From positions 1-62,773 of the IMG/VR virus record IMGVR_UViG_3300025168_000084: DNA of 62,773 bases. One strand, 5' to 3'. Numbering within the stretch: position 1 is the stretch's first letter; every line of letters starts with the position of its first letter. A program made the position numbers and the translations under genes. Below are positions 49,823 to 58,391 of the stretch, one piece after another. Source of the stretch: a virus. Lineage: Duplodnaviria; Caudoviricetes. The notes under the pieces were generated by a model that worked only from the letters and a program-made list of their open reading frames with translations, searched no databases and was not told the DNA's origin.

Positions 49823-50149
49823 TCATATCATAAACTCCTTGATTGGGTGTGTTTTATTGTATCTATCTGACATATTATAATCTCTATCACTACAACATTT
49901 GCTGCATTTATAATCATATACATGACCTTCAATACGTTCAACATCATTACTAGAGTTAAATAATCTTGTATCAATCCATCTTCCTTCCCATTTACCATAT
50001 ACACTATCCTCATAATACATTCTGTCAAATTTGTAAATTTTCTTATTGCATGACACACATAAATCATGTGGTCTTATAAGAGAAACGAGGGGAATAGTAG
50101 TTAGAATCAATGATTTCCCTCCCCTTGACAATGTTGACAGAAATAACAA
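49823..50149 (-). CDS. Zn-finger hypothetical protein (start uncertain)
   Basis: CVSC…CSKC. Confidence 0.4.
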   Translation of the reverse strand: MLFLSTLSRGGKSLILTTIPLVSLIRPHDLCVSCNKKIYKFDRMYYEDSVYGKWEGRWIDTRLFNSSNDVERIEGHVYDYKCSKCCSDRDYNMSDRYNKTHPIKEFMI

Positions 50150-50267
50150 TAATCCTCTTGAGGTGTCATATCTACCTTTGGTAATAATACTTTCATGATA
50201 TGTTCAAGGTGATCATTACCAGTTTTTTGACTTTCTATGAGTATATCAATAAAATCAGAAGGTGTAA

Positions 50268-50522
50268 TCAATTCATACACCTCATATCATCTTTTTTATC
50301 TAGGAAATAACCCATTGACACATCAATATTACCTTCATCATCAACATATATCTCTATTTTATCAATAGAATTATCATCTCTAAGATTAGGAACAATCATA
50401 CTATGTGTATCTATACTACCAAATTTGATTTCATTACCAAATGCTCTAAGATGTTCTACACTATCAGGGAACGTAAGATACTGATACTCATCTTCACTCA
50501 TAAGGTTAAAACCATACTTCAT
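50268..50522 (-). CDS. Acidic hypothetical protein
   Basis: Likely starts at MKYGFNL (50522); the upstream extension in the track looks spurious. Confidence 0.45.
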   Translation of the reverse strand: MKYGFNLMSEDEYQYLTFPDSVEHLRAFGNEIKFGSIDTHSMIVPNLRDDNSIDKIEIYVDDEGNIDVSMGYFLDKKDDMRCMN

Positions 50523-50628
50523 ATCAACATAAAATTCTTTTATAATGTTCAATCTAAATCTCCATTGTATTCTAAATAACATACATACGATATAATCCAT
50601 ATAATAGAAAAAAGAGGGGTGGAAATAC

Positions 50629-51036
50629 TCATAATAAGAGCACTCCTGATAAATCCATTTGATCAAGATGTTTGTATTTTAATTGTACAAACTGATTATG
50701 TTCTATATAATCATTGTACGAATCAATAATACCATTGATCTTACTGTATTTACCTTGTAGGAAAGGCATAACACCGTGCATATCTTTGGTATATTCTAGA
50801 TTAGTACTGATAATACATGTTAGTCTATGTAACTCAGTTATTTCATCTAGATAACCATCAATATTATCAATATTGATACCTTCCCATCTGTTAAGGAGTT
50901 GTCTAGCCTTAACATTAGGATCACTAGCCTTAACAACAGTATAACTATGAACCATGCCATAGTCAGCTATACTATCTGCCATTAAGGAGCTTATCCTTTG
51001 ACGTTTTCCAATGCTTCGAGAATTTTTGCGATTCAC
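50629..51036 (-). CDS. First gene of the leftward early operon (hypothetical)
   Basis: GTG start 5 nt after the shared 18-bp motif. Confidence 0.5.
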   Translation of the reverse strand: MNRKNSRSIGKRQRISSLMADSIADYGMVHSYTVVKASDPNVKARQLLNRWEGINIDNIDGYLDEITELHRLTCIISTNLEYTKDMHGVMPFLQGKYSKINGIIDSYNDYIEHNQFVQLKYKHLDQMDLSGVLLL

Positions 51037-51041
51037 AAACT

Positions 51042-51602
51042 CATGGCAGAACTTCGACTCAAAAACTCTCTATACGGTAGGAAAATTTGCTCTAGAAGAA
51101 CTCCCCTAGAGGCACTATTATAACCCCTCTCCCCTTAACAATCCCCTCACCCCATTTTATTCCTAAACGTTGCAAGCCTTATATATACTAGTATAAAAGG
51201 CTGGGCATAATTATTAATCAAATTCGTTCCTAGACAATACCACCAATAAGAATACTACCATACACCCCACCAATAGATGAACGAACTGACATATAATAGA
51301 ACTGTTTGATACCTAGAGTGTCCTTAGATATAGCGACGATTCACCTATAAAAGCATTTATTTTTATTTTTTTTATATAGTATATATACTAAGCCTAAACC
51401 GAACTATATAAGGCGACCATCATTTCCACTCCAGTCGTCAAGCGAACTATATAAGGCGATTTGATATCCATAGTATGCATACTATCCATACCAACAATAC
51501 CAAACCGAACTATAAGAAGCGACATGATATTCATAGTATGTATACAAACCATACTAACCATACCAATCTAAACTAGAGCTGTTAAGTCGAAGTTCTACCA
51601 TG
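51042..51602. promoter_or_regulatory. Divergent control region bounded by an 18-bp inverted repeat
   Basis: catggcagaacttcgact (51042-51059) versus agtcgaagttctaccatg (51585-51602), 1 mismatch; contains C4 tracts, a TATACTAGTATA palindrome and promoter-like repeats. Confidence 0.7.
51396..51566 (+). repeat. Three CGAACTATAnnAnGCGA repeats, the last two within 63-bp tandem units (BRE-TATA-like)
   Basis: Cores at 51400, 51443 and 51506. Confidence 0.85.
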
Positions 51603-51609
51603 GTATTGT

Positions 51610-51876
51610 ATGACAGGTAAAAATGTTGTATCTCTTAGTGATGAGGCTTTAGAGGCTGAAATTGCAAAGAGAATTGAGGCTAAGCAATTAGCCTTAAGCA
51701 CTAGAGCTAGTGCATTTATTGAAGAATACAAATTCTTCTCTAAACTATCTAGTTCGACCAAGAATGGTGTAACTAGAACATTCATTCAACTAGACAAGAC
51801 TATGCTAAATGGTCATAAAGTTGAAGGTGTTAAAGTTGAATCTGCTTGGAATGGTGTTTACCTCGAAGTAATCTAA
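51610..51876 (+). CDS. Solitary 88-aa protein downstream of the tandem promoter repeats
   Basis: Only rightward ORF in the region; shared leader motif upstream, structured 3' region downstream. Confidence 0.65.
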   Translation: MTGKNVVSLSDEALEAEIAKRIEAKQLALSTRASAFIEEYKFFSKLSSSTKNGVTRTFIQLDKTMLNGHKVEGVKVESAWNGVYLEVI

Positions 51877-51911
51877 GGTTAAGATAATTACCCATTACTT
51901 CAAACCCTTAA

Positions 51912-51997
51912 GCGTAATAGTGTTAGATAGTTAGTCCTAATGCAAACATTTAGGCAGTAAATTCTTAAAGAAAAAACACTATCACGCAGTTTTTTTT
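51912..51997 (+). terminator. Multi-branched stem followed by T8 (terminator or structured 3' UTR/ncRNA)
   Basis: GCGTAATAGTGTT (51912-51924) pairs 12/13 with AACACTATCACGC (51975-51987); T-tract at 51990-51997. Confidence 0.5.
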
Positions 51998-52637
51998 GCT
52001 AAATTCACCGTGCTGGTACGCATGGCGAAAAAACGGTTTTTAAAGGATTACCACATATATATAACTCTCGAAAAAACATTGACCAAATCTGGAAAAAATC
52101 TGAACCCTATTTAGGAATATACACTTATATATAAGTCATTCAGGCTCGCTATCATTCTTTAACTTCATGATACTAGCCTTGCTCTTACACCTCATACAGT
52201 CCTCACTTATGGGTATCTTCAAGCCTTAGGCTCCTCATTATTTATACCGTCAGCCACAAGCGTACCCTGTATTCTGAACATGCATGACATGAGTTCGGGG
52301 AGACTAAACTTGGTTCCTCTGTTTTTATAGTGTTCTCCATACTTTCTACCACATGCTATGCATATGATACTCTCAAGGTCTTTACGACTTAGACTCAAAA
52401 TTTAGCTCCACATCCTTTACATTCTCCGTAACCAGTTCCCATACCGTCATTCTTTCCCCAGTGCCATTCCCATCCACTTTTCTTCTTGCACTTTGGACAT
52501 GGCTCAATATCAGTCAACGCATGTCCTCCAGAGATGCATTGTCTTCCATACGATCTATCATGTCTACTAGAAGTTGCTTTATAACCTCACGCCTGTCGTC
52601 AGGCATCCATTCCTCATGCAGCAATCTGAGAAGATCA

Positions 52638-52832
52638 TTAATAGCGTTGCTCATTCAAGTCTCCTAAAGTAATCTTATTTATAAAGCTTTTATATGTCCA
52701 TCCTTTCATACCTATAGATTTTTTACGCCTGTCTAAAAAGTAAAATATTAAAAGGGCTATACCTAAAGGCATAGCAATTCCACTAAACGTAAGTAATATC
52801 CCTATGTACAATTTCCACATACTGTTATACAA
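52638..52832 (-). CDS. Small membrane protein
   Basis: Hydrophobic LYIGILLTFSGIAMPLGIALLIFYFL followed by basic residues. Confidence 0.55.
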   Translation of the reverse strand: MYNSMWKLYIGILLTFSGIAMPLGIALLIFYFLDRRKKSIGMKGWTYKSFINKITLGDLNEQRY

Positions 52833-53038
52833 CTAACCTCTGTATTTATATCTATCCGTGACCAATGCCATCAATAATATCATTGATGTGCAGGTTCATT
52901 TTGCTTTTAAACATTTGAGCCTGTATTGATCTTTGTTCGTTTAACAAGTCTCTTTCTTCCTGTGCTAGTTTCATTAGCCTAGTATGTATCTCATCTAATC
53001 TTGACACACTATATTAAAGTATATGTATTATATAAAAA

Positions 53039-53224
53039 TTATGTAGGTTGAGCTCTGTCTTGCTTCTCTTGTTCTAACTCCATCAATTTGTCTTCCATCA
53101 AAAATTGGAGTTTCCAGAAACTCTTTCTTCCCTGTTCTGATAGATTCCTTTCTTCGACCTCGTCGTGCTTGTCATTAAACCACTTGAAGATCTCTGTATA
53201 GTCCTCTAATTCTAGTTCCACCAT
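53039..53224 (-). CDS. Hypothetical protein
   Basis: 61 aa with a minus-strand TATA at about 53247-53254. Confidence 0.5.
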   Translation of the reverse strand: MVELELEDYTEIFKWFNDKHDEVEERNLSEQGRKSFWKLQFLMEDKLMELEQEKQDRAQPT

Positions 53225-53267
53225 ACCGAAAAGAAACTTTATATAATATATAAAGAACTCTATTTAT

Positions 53268-53399
53268 ATGACGAGTAAGAGAAAAACACCTGAATTCGAT
53301 ATTACAGATGATTATACTCCAACAACAAGTGATGGAGACTGTCCTTGTATTGCATTAGGCAGAAAAGATAGACAATGCCCAATACATGGTGAAGTATAA
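53268..53399 (+). CDS. 43-aa microprotein with CxC…CPIHG (not in ORF track)
   Basis: TTTATATA at about 53238, 30 nt upstream of the ATG. Confidence 0.55.
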   Translation: MTSKRKTPEFDITDDYTPTTSDGDCPCIALGRKDRQCPIHGEV

Positions 53400-53549
53400 T
53401 AATTCGTAATTTTATCAACGGTCTAAAAAAATCATTCAGTGGAAAGGACTATCTTAGGGAAATCAACCAATGTGCCAAATGTGGAAGACCTAGCTTCTTT
53501 GACTCTTGTTTGAAATGCGAAGTCGACGATGCATATCGTGGATGGAATT

Positions 53550-53864
53550 CTAAGAACTTACGTTAAAGTGTCTCTCTATATACACCAAACTCATGACCTT
53601 GCTCTTTAGAGTAACCTCAATTTTCTTGTAATAGTGTGACTCATACCTGTCCATTTTTTCAATGTCACTGTCACTTACCTTGAATATCTCACCCTTTACA
53701 AGTTCACCCTCTGACTTTATGATAGTAGGGTATCTGCTAAGTACGCTATGAGTGTCTATCGTGTAGCCTTCAAGTATGTCCTTGACCCCCTCAATCTCAT
53801 GGCATAGCACGTTTGTTCTGAGAGTTTTGTTTAGCAGCGAGCCATAGACAAAGATATTTTTCAT
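53550..53864 (-). CDS. Gamma-glutamylcyclotransferase (GGCT/AIG2-like)
   Basis: IFVYGSL, YP.I…G..VKGEI…..MDRYE..YY motifs. Confidence 0.85.
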   Translation of the reverse strand: MKNIFVYGSLLNKTLRTNVLCHEIEGVKDILEGYTIDTHSVLSRYPTIIKSEGELVKGEIFKVSDSDIEKMDRYESHYYKKIEVTLKSKVMSLVYIERHFNVSS

Positions 53865-53968
53865 GTTTTAATCACTTATGGTACATTATATAAAACTTAT
53901 GTAGGAAAAGGGTTGCTTCGCAACCGTGACAAAAACTATATATGTAGTGACAAATATTGACATGTGTT

Positions 53969-55909
53969 ATGGGATTCCGTAAGTCTTTTGCAGGTGCGTT
54001 AAGCAGATTGAACCTAATCGAGAAATCCACCACGGAAACTACCACTAGACCTAGCGTTGCCCAGCCTTACATGAGTACCGATACAGGTGCCAAACTACCA
54101 ATTTTCCCTTTCCCACTTACCATGATTTACGAACTTGCAGATAACATTGATGCTTTAAGAATACCTATTGAGACTTTGAACCGTGAAATGTTCAAGAACG
54201 GTTTCGAGGTTGTAGAGAAATGGAAGTACAAATGCAACAACTGTTCAAAGGAATTCCAGTATGCACCTACTGCTGACAATCCTGACGAGCAGCCATTTGA
54301 AGCAAACGGAGACAATTTCTCCAGTACACACCCACGCAAAAAGAAGGCAGTTGCAGTACCAAAGGCAGAAGCATTGGTATGTGATACATGTGGAAGCAAT
54401 GACTTGGCTAGACCTGTACCAGAGCACAGAAAGACTTTGGAAAACTTGATGTTAGAACCTGTAAACAGCAACCAGCAAACTCTGGAAGACGTATCACGAC
54501 AGTTGGAACGTGACTTTGAGATAGCAGATAACGCATATTTGCTTTTGCTAAAGAACTACCACATAAACGATGCAACTGGAGAGATTAACACAGAGAAGAC
54601 TGTGATTAAGGAGATGCTAAGAATTGAGCCACCACAGGTGGCAATGATTGCCGACAGTGACGGAAGAATTGGCTATGACGACAAGCGAAACAAAATTTTC
54701 GTGTGTCCACGATTCGAGCACCGTGACGTTAGACTTACCGAGCCGAAATGTGACCGTTGTGGAGCACAGGCATTGAAGGCAATTATCGAGGTTAACTCAG
54801 TTTATTCTATCGGCATTCCACAGCCTAAGCGTGTTATCTATGGCGAAGGCGAAGTTATCTGGAAGGCAGGCAAGTACAAGCCAAACCTATTGTATGGATT
54901 TTCCCCTATCTATTCCGTATGGAGCAAGGCTATGTCCCTCTCACACATGGATGAGTATATCAGAAAATACTTTGACAAGATGCGACCACCAAGAGGTATG
55001 TTGGTTATTTCCTCAAGGAATTATGAGACATTCAGAAAGTCATGGGATGTATTGGAACAAAAGGCACAGGAAGATCCTTACATGATTCACCCACTTTTGG
55101 TTGAGAATGACAAGGGTGGAAAGAACCCTGCACAGTGGTTAGACTTTACTGGATCACTAAAGGAGTTGGAATTTATCGAGGTAAGAAAGGAACTAAGAAT
55201 GATTATTGGAGCAGTCTATGGCGTGTTACCGTTCTATTACGGTGAAACCCCTGCTGGATGGAGTCAGGAAGGACTACAGGTTACAATTACAAACAGAGCA
55301 GTTCTATGGGGACAGGACACGTTAAAGAAGGCATTTTTCTCAAAAATTTCAAAGATGCTAAACATTGACGATTGGGAATTACAACTAAAGACTGGTGAGG
55401 AAACTGACAAGTTGAGAGACTTGCAAACTGACGGAATTGAAATTCAGAACATGATGATGCTTCAACAGATGGGCTTTGAGATTACAAGAACCCATACGGG
55501 AGAATTTAACATAAGCAAGAACAGTGCAATGACACCAGATATGATGTTTGGTGTAGGTGCTATCAACGGCAACATGAACGGTGCAGGCAAAGGCGTACCA
55601 GCTCCACAGGAACAAACACAGTCATTTGAAGGCGAACCAAACAATAAAAGACCAAGCGACATTGGTGGCACTGGACAGGGAAGTCCTACAAGTGGAAGTT
55701 CAATGAGCAAGAAATCTGCATATCCAAAGGGAATTACTCCGTCAAACTTTAACGTTGTAAAGAATACTTTGCAAACAGCAGTAGACTATGACTGGAAAAA
55801 GACAAAGACAGTTGAGGAATTAAGAAAGGCAACTGGAATGACAGTTAGAGATGCAAGAGACATTGTTGCAAGTGAGTTTGAAGGTGTAAAGAGGTGGGAA
55901 GATGAGTGA
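53969..55909 (+). CDS. Portal protein with Zn-ribbon insertions
   Basis: DNAYLL, YGFSPI, YF…RPPRGML, ELEF…R…I.AVYGVLP; likely start ATG 53969 after CTATATAT. Confidence 0.85.
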   Translation: MGFRKSFAGALSRLNLIEKSTTETTTRPSVAQPYMSTDTGAKLPIFPFPLTMIYELADNIDALRIPIETLNREMFKNGFEVVEKWKYKCNNCSKEFQYAPTADNPDEQPFEANGDNFSSTHPRKKKAVAVPKAEALVCDTCGSNDLARPVPEHRKTLENLMLEPVNSNQQTLEDVSRQLERDFEIADNAYLLLLKNYHINDATGEINTEKTVIKEMLRIEPPQVAMIADSDGRIGYDDKRNKIFVCPRFEHRDVRLTEPKCDRCGAQALKAIIEVNSVYSIGIPQPKRVIYGEGEVIWKAGKYKPNLLYGFSPIYSVWSKAMSLSHMDEYIRKYFDKMRPPRGMLVISSRNYETFRKSWDVLEQKAQEDPYMIHPLLVENDKGGKNPAQWLDFTGSLKELEFIEVRKELRMIIGAVYGVLPFYYGETPAGWSQEGLQVTITNRAVLWGQDTLKKAFFSKISKMLNIDDWELQLKTGEETDKLRDLQTDGIEIQNMMMLQQMGFEITRTHTGEFNISKNSAMTPDMMFGVGAINGNMNGAGKGVPAPQEQTQSFEGEPNNKRPSDIGGTGQGSPTSGSSMSKKSAYPKGITPSNFNVVKNTLQTAVDYDWKKTKTVEELRKATGMTVRDARDIVASEFEGVKRWEDE

Positions 55910-55992
55910 TAAATGTGAAGGTGGCTCATGCAAGCCTAAAAAAGTTGTATTTTACGTTACAAGAGGATTTGTAGAGGAGAATGAGGAAGAAG

Positions 55993-56283
55993 ATGACTAA
56001 AAAATTCCATGTTTGTGATGACAAATGTGAACCAGCAGGTACTGGAATTCATAACAATTCAAAAACACCAAAAAAAACTGTTAAAAAAACCAAGGTTGTA
56101 AAAAAAGAGATAAAACCAGAGGTTGTAAATGTCTATACAAGCAAACCAAACCCTAAAAAAATAGGAGTTGTCTTGGAAATTATAGACTTGGTTGATAAAA
56201 TTGGAAATGAACTTGAAACTAACAAAGTTTTAGAGAAAACACTTATAAATTTAAGAAAATTACAACAAGACATTGCCAACTGA
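55993..56283 (+). CDS. Lys-rich hypothetical protein
   Basis: Follows the portal gene; likely start MTKK. Confidence 0.45.
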   Translation: MTKKFHVCDDKCEPAGTGIHNNSKTPKKTVKKTKVVKKEIKPEVVNVYTSKPNPKKIGVVLEIIDLVDKIGNELETNKVLEKTLINLRKLQQDIAN

Positions 56284-56719
56284 ACTAAATACTAACGAAA
56301 ACGCAAACGACATGACCAAGAAGCTTTGGGAAAAGCATCAAGGTGACGAATATACTGCCGTAAACAACTACAAGGAAGGAGTTTGTCTTGGCTGTATGAA
56401 AGTTGACGTTGCAGCAGCAACCATTGCAGATATTTGTGGTGATTGTGCAGGCAAAAAAGGTCGTGAGCCACTTTTGGCAAAGGTTTGTGACAAGTATTAC
56501 GGTCTTTGTTTCTTTTGTAACAAGTACAAGTTCAATATTGAGCAGATAAACGGAAGGTTTTGCAACACATGTCACACCAGAATAGCAAAAATAACAAAGG
56601 AATACAATGCAAAGGGTGGATTTATGAAGACAGATCCGTTCTGGATTTCAATGCGTAAAAAACACGGAAAGGACTGGAAACAGATAATGGGTGGCTATAG
56701 AAAGTCTAATCGGAAGTAA
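56273..56719 (+). CDS. Cys-rich Zn-binding protein
   Basis: Four CxxC pairs. Confidence 0.6.
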   Translation: MPTELNTNENANDMTKKLWEKHQGDEYTAVNNYKEGVCLGCMKVDVAAATIADICGDCAGKKGREPLLAKVCDKYYGLCFFCNKYKFNIEQINGRFCNTCHTRIAKITKEYNAKGGFMKTDPFWISMRKKHGKDWKQIMGGYRKSNRK

Positions 56720-56865
56720 TTTTTGTCAATGAATTTCTAAATTCTGCCCATTCAACCATGTTTGGAACTCTAAGATTTTCCTCTATCTGTGCAAGTAACT
56801 CGTTTGTCTTGGATAATTTTTCCTCAATTTTCTCTAATCTTTCCTCTACTTCACCCAATACAAAG

Positions 56866-57066
56866 TCAAACTTCATTTTTTCTACCCATTGTTATGTTAG
56901 ATGTTGCAGTTACTTCCTTGTTTGTAAATTCCCATATTTGACCGTTGTATAGTATTACTGTAAACAATTTTTCTATTTCAGTTCCGTATTCTGTAACCAA
57001 AAATAATCTACCTCTGCCTTTTGGAGTATCTACTTCTATCTGTTGTTTTAGTTCCAGTATGATCAT
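56866..57066 (-). CDS. Hypothetical protein (phage-type DTPKG…N.T.GR family)
   Basis: Motif pattern recalled from marine phage proteins; not verified. Confidence 0.5.
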   Translation of the reverse strand: MIILELKQQIEVDTPKGRGRLFLVTEYGTEIEKLFTVILYNGQIWEFTNKEVTATSNITMGRKNEV

Positions 57067-57500
57067 TCCTTGTTCTCCATTAAGAATATTATTCTGTTGT
57101 TTGTAAAGTCATAAAATCTTTTATCATAGTCAACCTTGCGATATTTGTCATTACTGTTAGTTATACACCTACCTACTCGCATGGATAACAACGGTTTTCT
57201 TAGCATTCTTGGAAAGAATTCCAACTGTCCTTTCTTATGATTGTATCTTATATCTCCATATTTTACCAGTTTTTCATCTCCATCTTCCCATTCTTTAACG
57301 CTTCCCTGTCTAAAATGAACCAATGTGTTGCTGAGTCTTGGCTTTTCCTTCTTGTCATTAGAGTTTGTCACTATCCATAAATGATCTCCCTTGACATAAA
57401 GATCAATTATTTTCATAATATATAACGGATCTTCCATAACATCTTTGTAAATCTGATGAAATATGTCATCATTTTCAAAAACATAGATAGATGTAGCCAT
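57063..57500 (-). CDS. Hypothetical protein
   Basis: 145-aa ORF with a divergent TATA at about 57522-57530. Confidence 0.55.
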   Translation of the reverse strand: MATSIYVFENDDIFHQIYKDVMEDPLYIMKIIDLYVKGDHLWIVTNSNDKKEKPRLSNTLVHFRQGSVKEWEDGDEKLVKYGDIRYNHKKGQLEFFPRMLRKPLLSMRVGRCITNSNDKYRKVDYDKRFYDFTNNRIIFLMENKE

Positions 57501-57549
57501 GTTTTTTTCATAGCAATACTTATTTATAAAGGCTTGGTACAGATTAATT

Positions 57550-57750
57550 ATGAGTGACCATACTTGTAAAAGGTGTGCAATCCCGAAATATGGTTACACG
57601 GATGGCACTCATTCCATATATCTTTGCTATAAATGTGGAAGATATGAGGGTATTAGTGGTGGTGATGAGGATTTTGTTAACAATATTAATGAAAATCCCA
57701 TGATATTGTTACATATGATAAAAGCAAAAACGTTAATTCCTATAAGTTAA
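57550..57750 (+). CDS. Zn-ribbon protein
   Basis: CKRC…CYKCG; TATA about 28 nt upstream. Confidence 0.55.
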   Translation: MSDHTCKRCAIPKYGYTDGTHSIYLCYKCGRYEGISGGDEDFVNNINENPMILLHMIKAKTLIPIS

Positions 57751-57779
57751 TTTATATACTTTACTATCAATAATATTAC

Positions 57780-58016
57780 ATGGAATTGTTTGAACCTTTA
57801 TTGATTGCATCACTTTTAGGTATAGGTGGTGCTTTGTTTGGATTTTTCAGGAAAATGAGTTCAACACAGAAGGATTTATGTGAAACTGTAGCTAGGTTAC
57901 AAAAAACATTAATCATTTTGGCAAAGGCTGTAGACAGGCAGTCAAACAGGTTACACCCAGAAGAAGCAAATTCAGAATTAGATGATTTAGTCAAAGAACT
58001 GTTAAGAGATAAATAA
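57780..58016 (+). CDS. Single-TM coiled-coil membrane protein (lysis-associated candidate)
   Basis: N-terminal TM LLIASLLGIGGALFGFF followed by heptads. Confidence 0.55.
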   Translation: MELFEPLLIASLLGIGGALFGFFRKMSSTQKDLCETVARLQKTLIILAKAVDRQSNRLHPEEANSELDDLVKELLRDK

Positions 58017-58050
58017 TAAACCTTAAATAAAGGCAAAAAAGCAGAAAAGT

Positions 58051-58314
58051 ATGATTGATCCATTGTTAATCGCAACAATCTCCGTAATTGGAGGAGCAGT
58101 CTTGAATACAGTCAGAGGATTCTTAGGATCTGATGAAACTACATATGACATCAAAAAATTCTTTGGTGCCGTTATAATAGCTGTATTTGCAGGTATTGCA
58201 GTTGCACAAACTTTGAGTCTAGCAGGTCTAGGAATCGTAGAAACCGTATTAATCGGTCTATCTATAGGTTTCTCAGTTGATTATGCTGTCTCAAAAGCCA
58301 AGAAAACTGCATAG
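58051..58314 (+). CDS. Holin-like three-TM membrane protein
   Basis: 87 aa with three hydrophobic segments and a basic C-terminus (KAKK). Confidence 0.5.
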   Translation: MIDPLLIATISVIGGAVLNTVRGFLGSDETTYDIKKFFGAVIIAVFAGIAVAQTLSLAGLGIVETVLIGLSIGFSVDYAVSKAKKTA

Positions 58315-58391
58315 TAAATTTTTAATAAAATACTACGCTTTTCTCTCTATTTTTCTAAAACTTTATAAGTAATGTTCAGAACGAATATATA

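Noticed and set aside
51396-51566. Possible mini-CRISPR array
   Set aside because: Only three 17-21-bp units with unequal spacing (43 and 63 bp); the intervening sequences of units 2 and 3 resemble each other (tandem duplication) and the core is TATA-like.
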